From NCBI GenBank assembly GCA_040285855.1, contig JAUFOQ010000002.1:2170001-2234000 (forward strand): a DNA stretch of 64,000 nucleotides, in the 5' to 3' direction. Both the position numbers and the translations under genes were made by a program. Within the stretch, counting starts at the first letter, position 1. The number at the start of each line of letters is the position of its first letter. The notes under the pieces were generated by a model, which ran no database searches, was not told the DNA's origin, and worked only from the letters and a program-made list of their open reading frames with translations. Of the stretch, positions 62,880 through 64,000 are shown one piece after another. Source of the stretch: Eukaryota sp. GEM-RC1. Lineage: Eukaryota.

Positions 62880-64000
62880 ACTTCGCACAGACTTTCTTTC
62901 ATTTCTTTTCAAGTCAACCCCAATATTTTAAATAACGATATCCATCAAGAACTTCTCTTCTTGAAAGTACTAACAGCTTTTATCTTAATCATCTCCGTGG
63001 TGAAATAGGAAATCTTTCTCCTGAGCTATGGTCAACTTGCTTTCCTGTTGATATCAAAGAAATTCCATGTCGAAACATTTTGTCTTTAAAGTTTGCTTTA
63101 AAAAAGCAACAAAATCATTTGTTAAAATATTTTGAAAGTTTAGATTTTACAGTCCGTCTTAGCTCGGATAAGGAAAAAATCCAGCTTTCGCTAATTTTTT
63201 AATTGATTTAAGGAGAGTTCTGCTGTGGCATTAATTGATCAAATTCCACAAGTTTATGGTTTGTTATTAAATGATCATCAATGGACCACTACTATGAGAC
63301 TTCGTTGTTATTTATGGCCGTATAATTTGCCAAATGATCTTCAATGTAGTTGTGGAAAACAATTAACGTTTTCTCATCTGTTAAGTTGTAATCGCTACAT
63401 AACTTACCGAACGTGTATGCATGATGCTGTAAGAGATCAAATACATGCTATGTGTAAGTCTTACAAAATTGAGTCATTTGTTGAACCACTTCTAAGATCT
63501 TTAGAACCAAGTAATAATTGTTATGTCGAAAAACAGAACCAATTTTTTGGTAAACGAAGAGCAGATGTTGTTGTCTCTTCTTCTGCAGACAAATTGTTTG
63601 TTGTTGATGTAGTGTCAGTGGATGTTTGTAAAAAGACATCTTTAAAGAATGCTTAATCTGAAACTTCCTCTTTAGACATTTGTGAACAAGCCAAGCAGGA
63701 TAAGTTCAAGAAACCATTGATGGCTGTAAAACATGTTGAATACGAATTATGCCCTTTGCTGTTTCAATTTACGGACGTTTAGGAAAAAGTGCATTGAATT
63801 TTTTAAACGATTTCGGAAAAATCGTTAAAAATAGAATGAACAAACGTTTTGATCATGTTATGATTGAATCGCATCCTTTTTACTGTTTTTAAAACAATTC
63901 CCCTAATCATCTCCAAAACTTTATTAGCAGTGAGTTCCTTTTATGAGGACAAAGCTGTTGCAAAGTTTGATAGCGACGGGTGCTGTTTTAATGATATCAA
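62880..64000 (+). mobile_element. 5'-truncated RLE-type (CRE-like) non-LTR retrotransposon, runs off the window
   Basis: CSC..HLLSC, MHDAVRD, RRADVVV; high identity to 44935-46165. Confidence 0.88.

Overview
An AT-rich eukaryotic (protist-like) genomic window using the standard genetic code, with very short GT-AG introns (29-35 nt) and tightly packed genes. Housekeeping genes include an SLC35F5-like transporter, a PP2A B''-like subunit, an Sgf29-like Tudor protein, RFC4, cytosolic AspRS head-to-head with eIF5A, an amino-acid transporter, an ankyrin protein and an RluA-type pseudouridine synthase. Between them lie TE-rich islands: about a dozen hAT MITEs (most with 8-bp TSDs), TA-flanked pogo/Tc1-like MITEs, MULE and hAT transposase remnants, and 5'-truncated RLE-type (CRE-like) non-LTR retrotransposons. 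These islands hold two expanded families of SPRY-domain ubiquitin-ligase components: SPRY-RING genes with 0, 1 or 2 SPRY domains, and BTB-SPRY genes. In both, variation clusters in short segments between conserved blocks. The most notable single element is a truncated Fanzor (eukaryotic TnpB-like RNA-guided nuclease) ORF at 34.6-35.3 kb. It looks catalytically dead, appears to be an in-frame fusion of two different Fanzor fragments, and lies directly upstream of a BTB-SPRY gene. Many genes carry 1-nt frameshifts at homopolymer runs, most likely long-read assembly errors. All family calls are by-eye motif recognition; no database searches were run.
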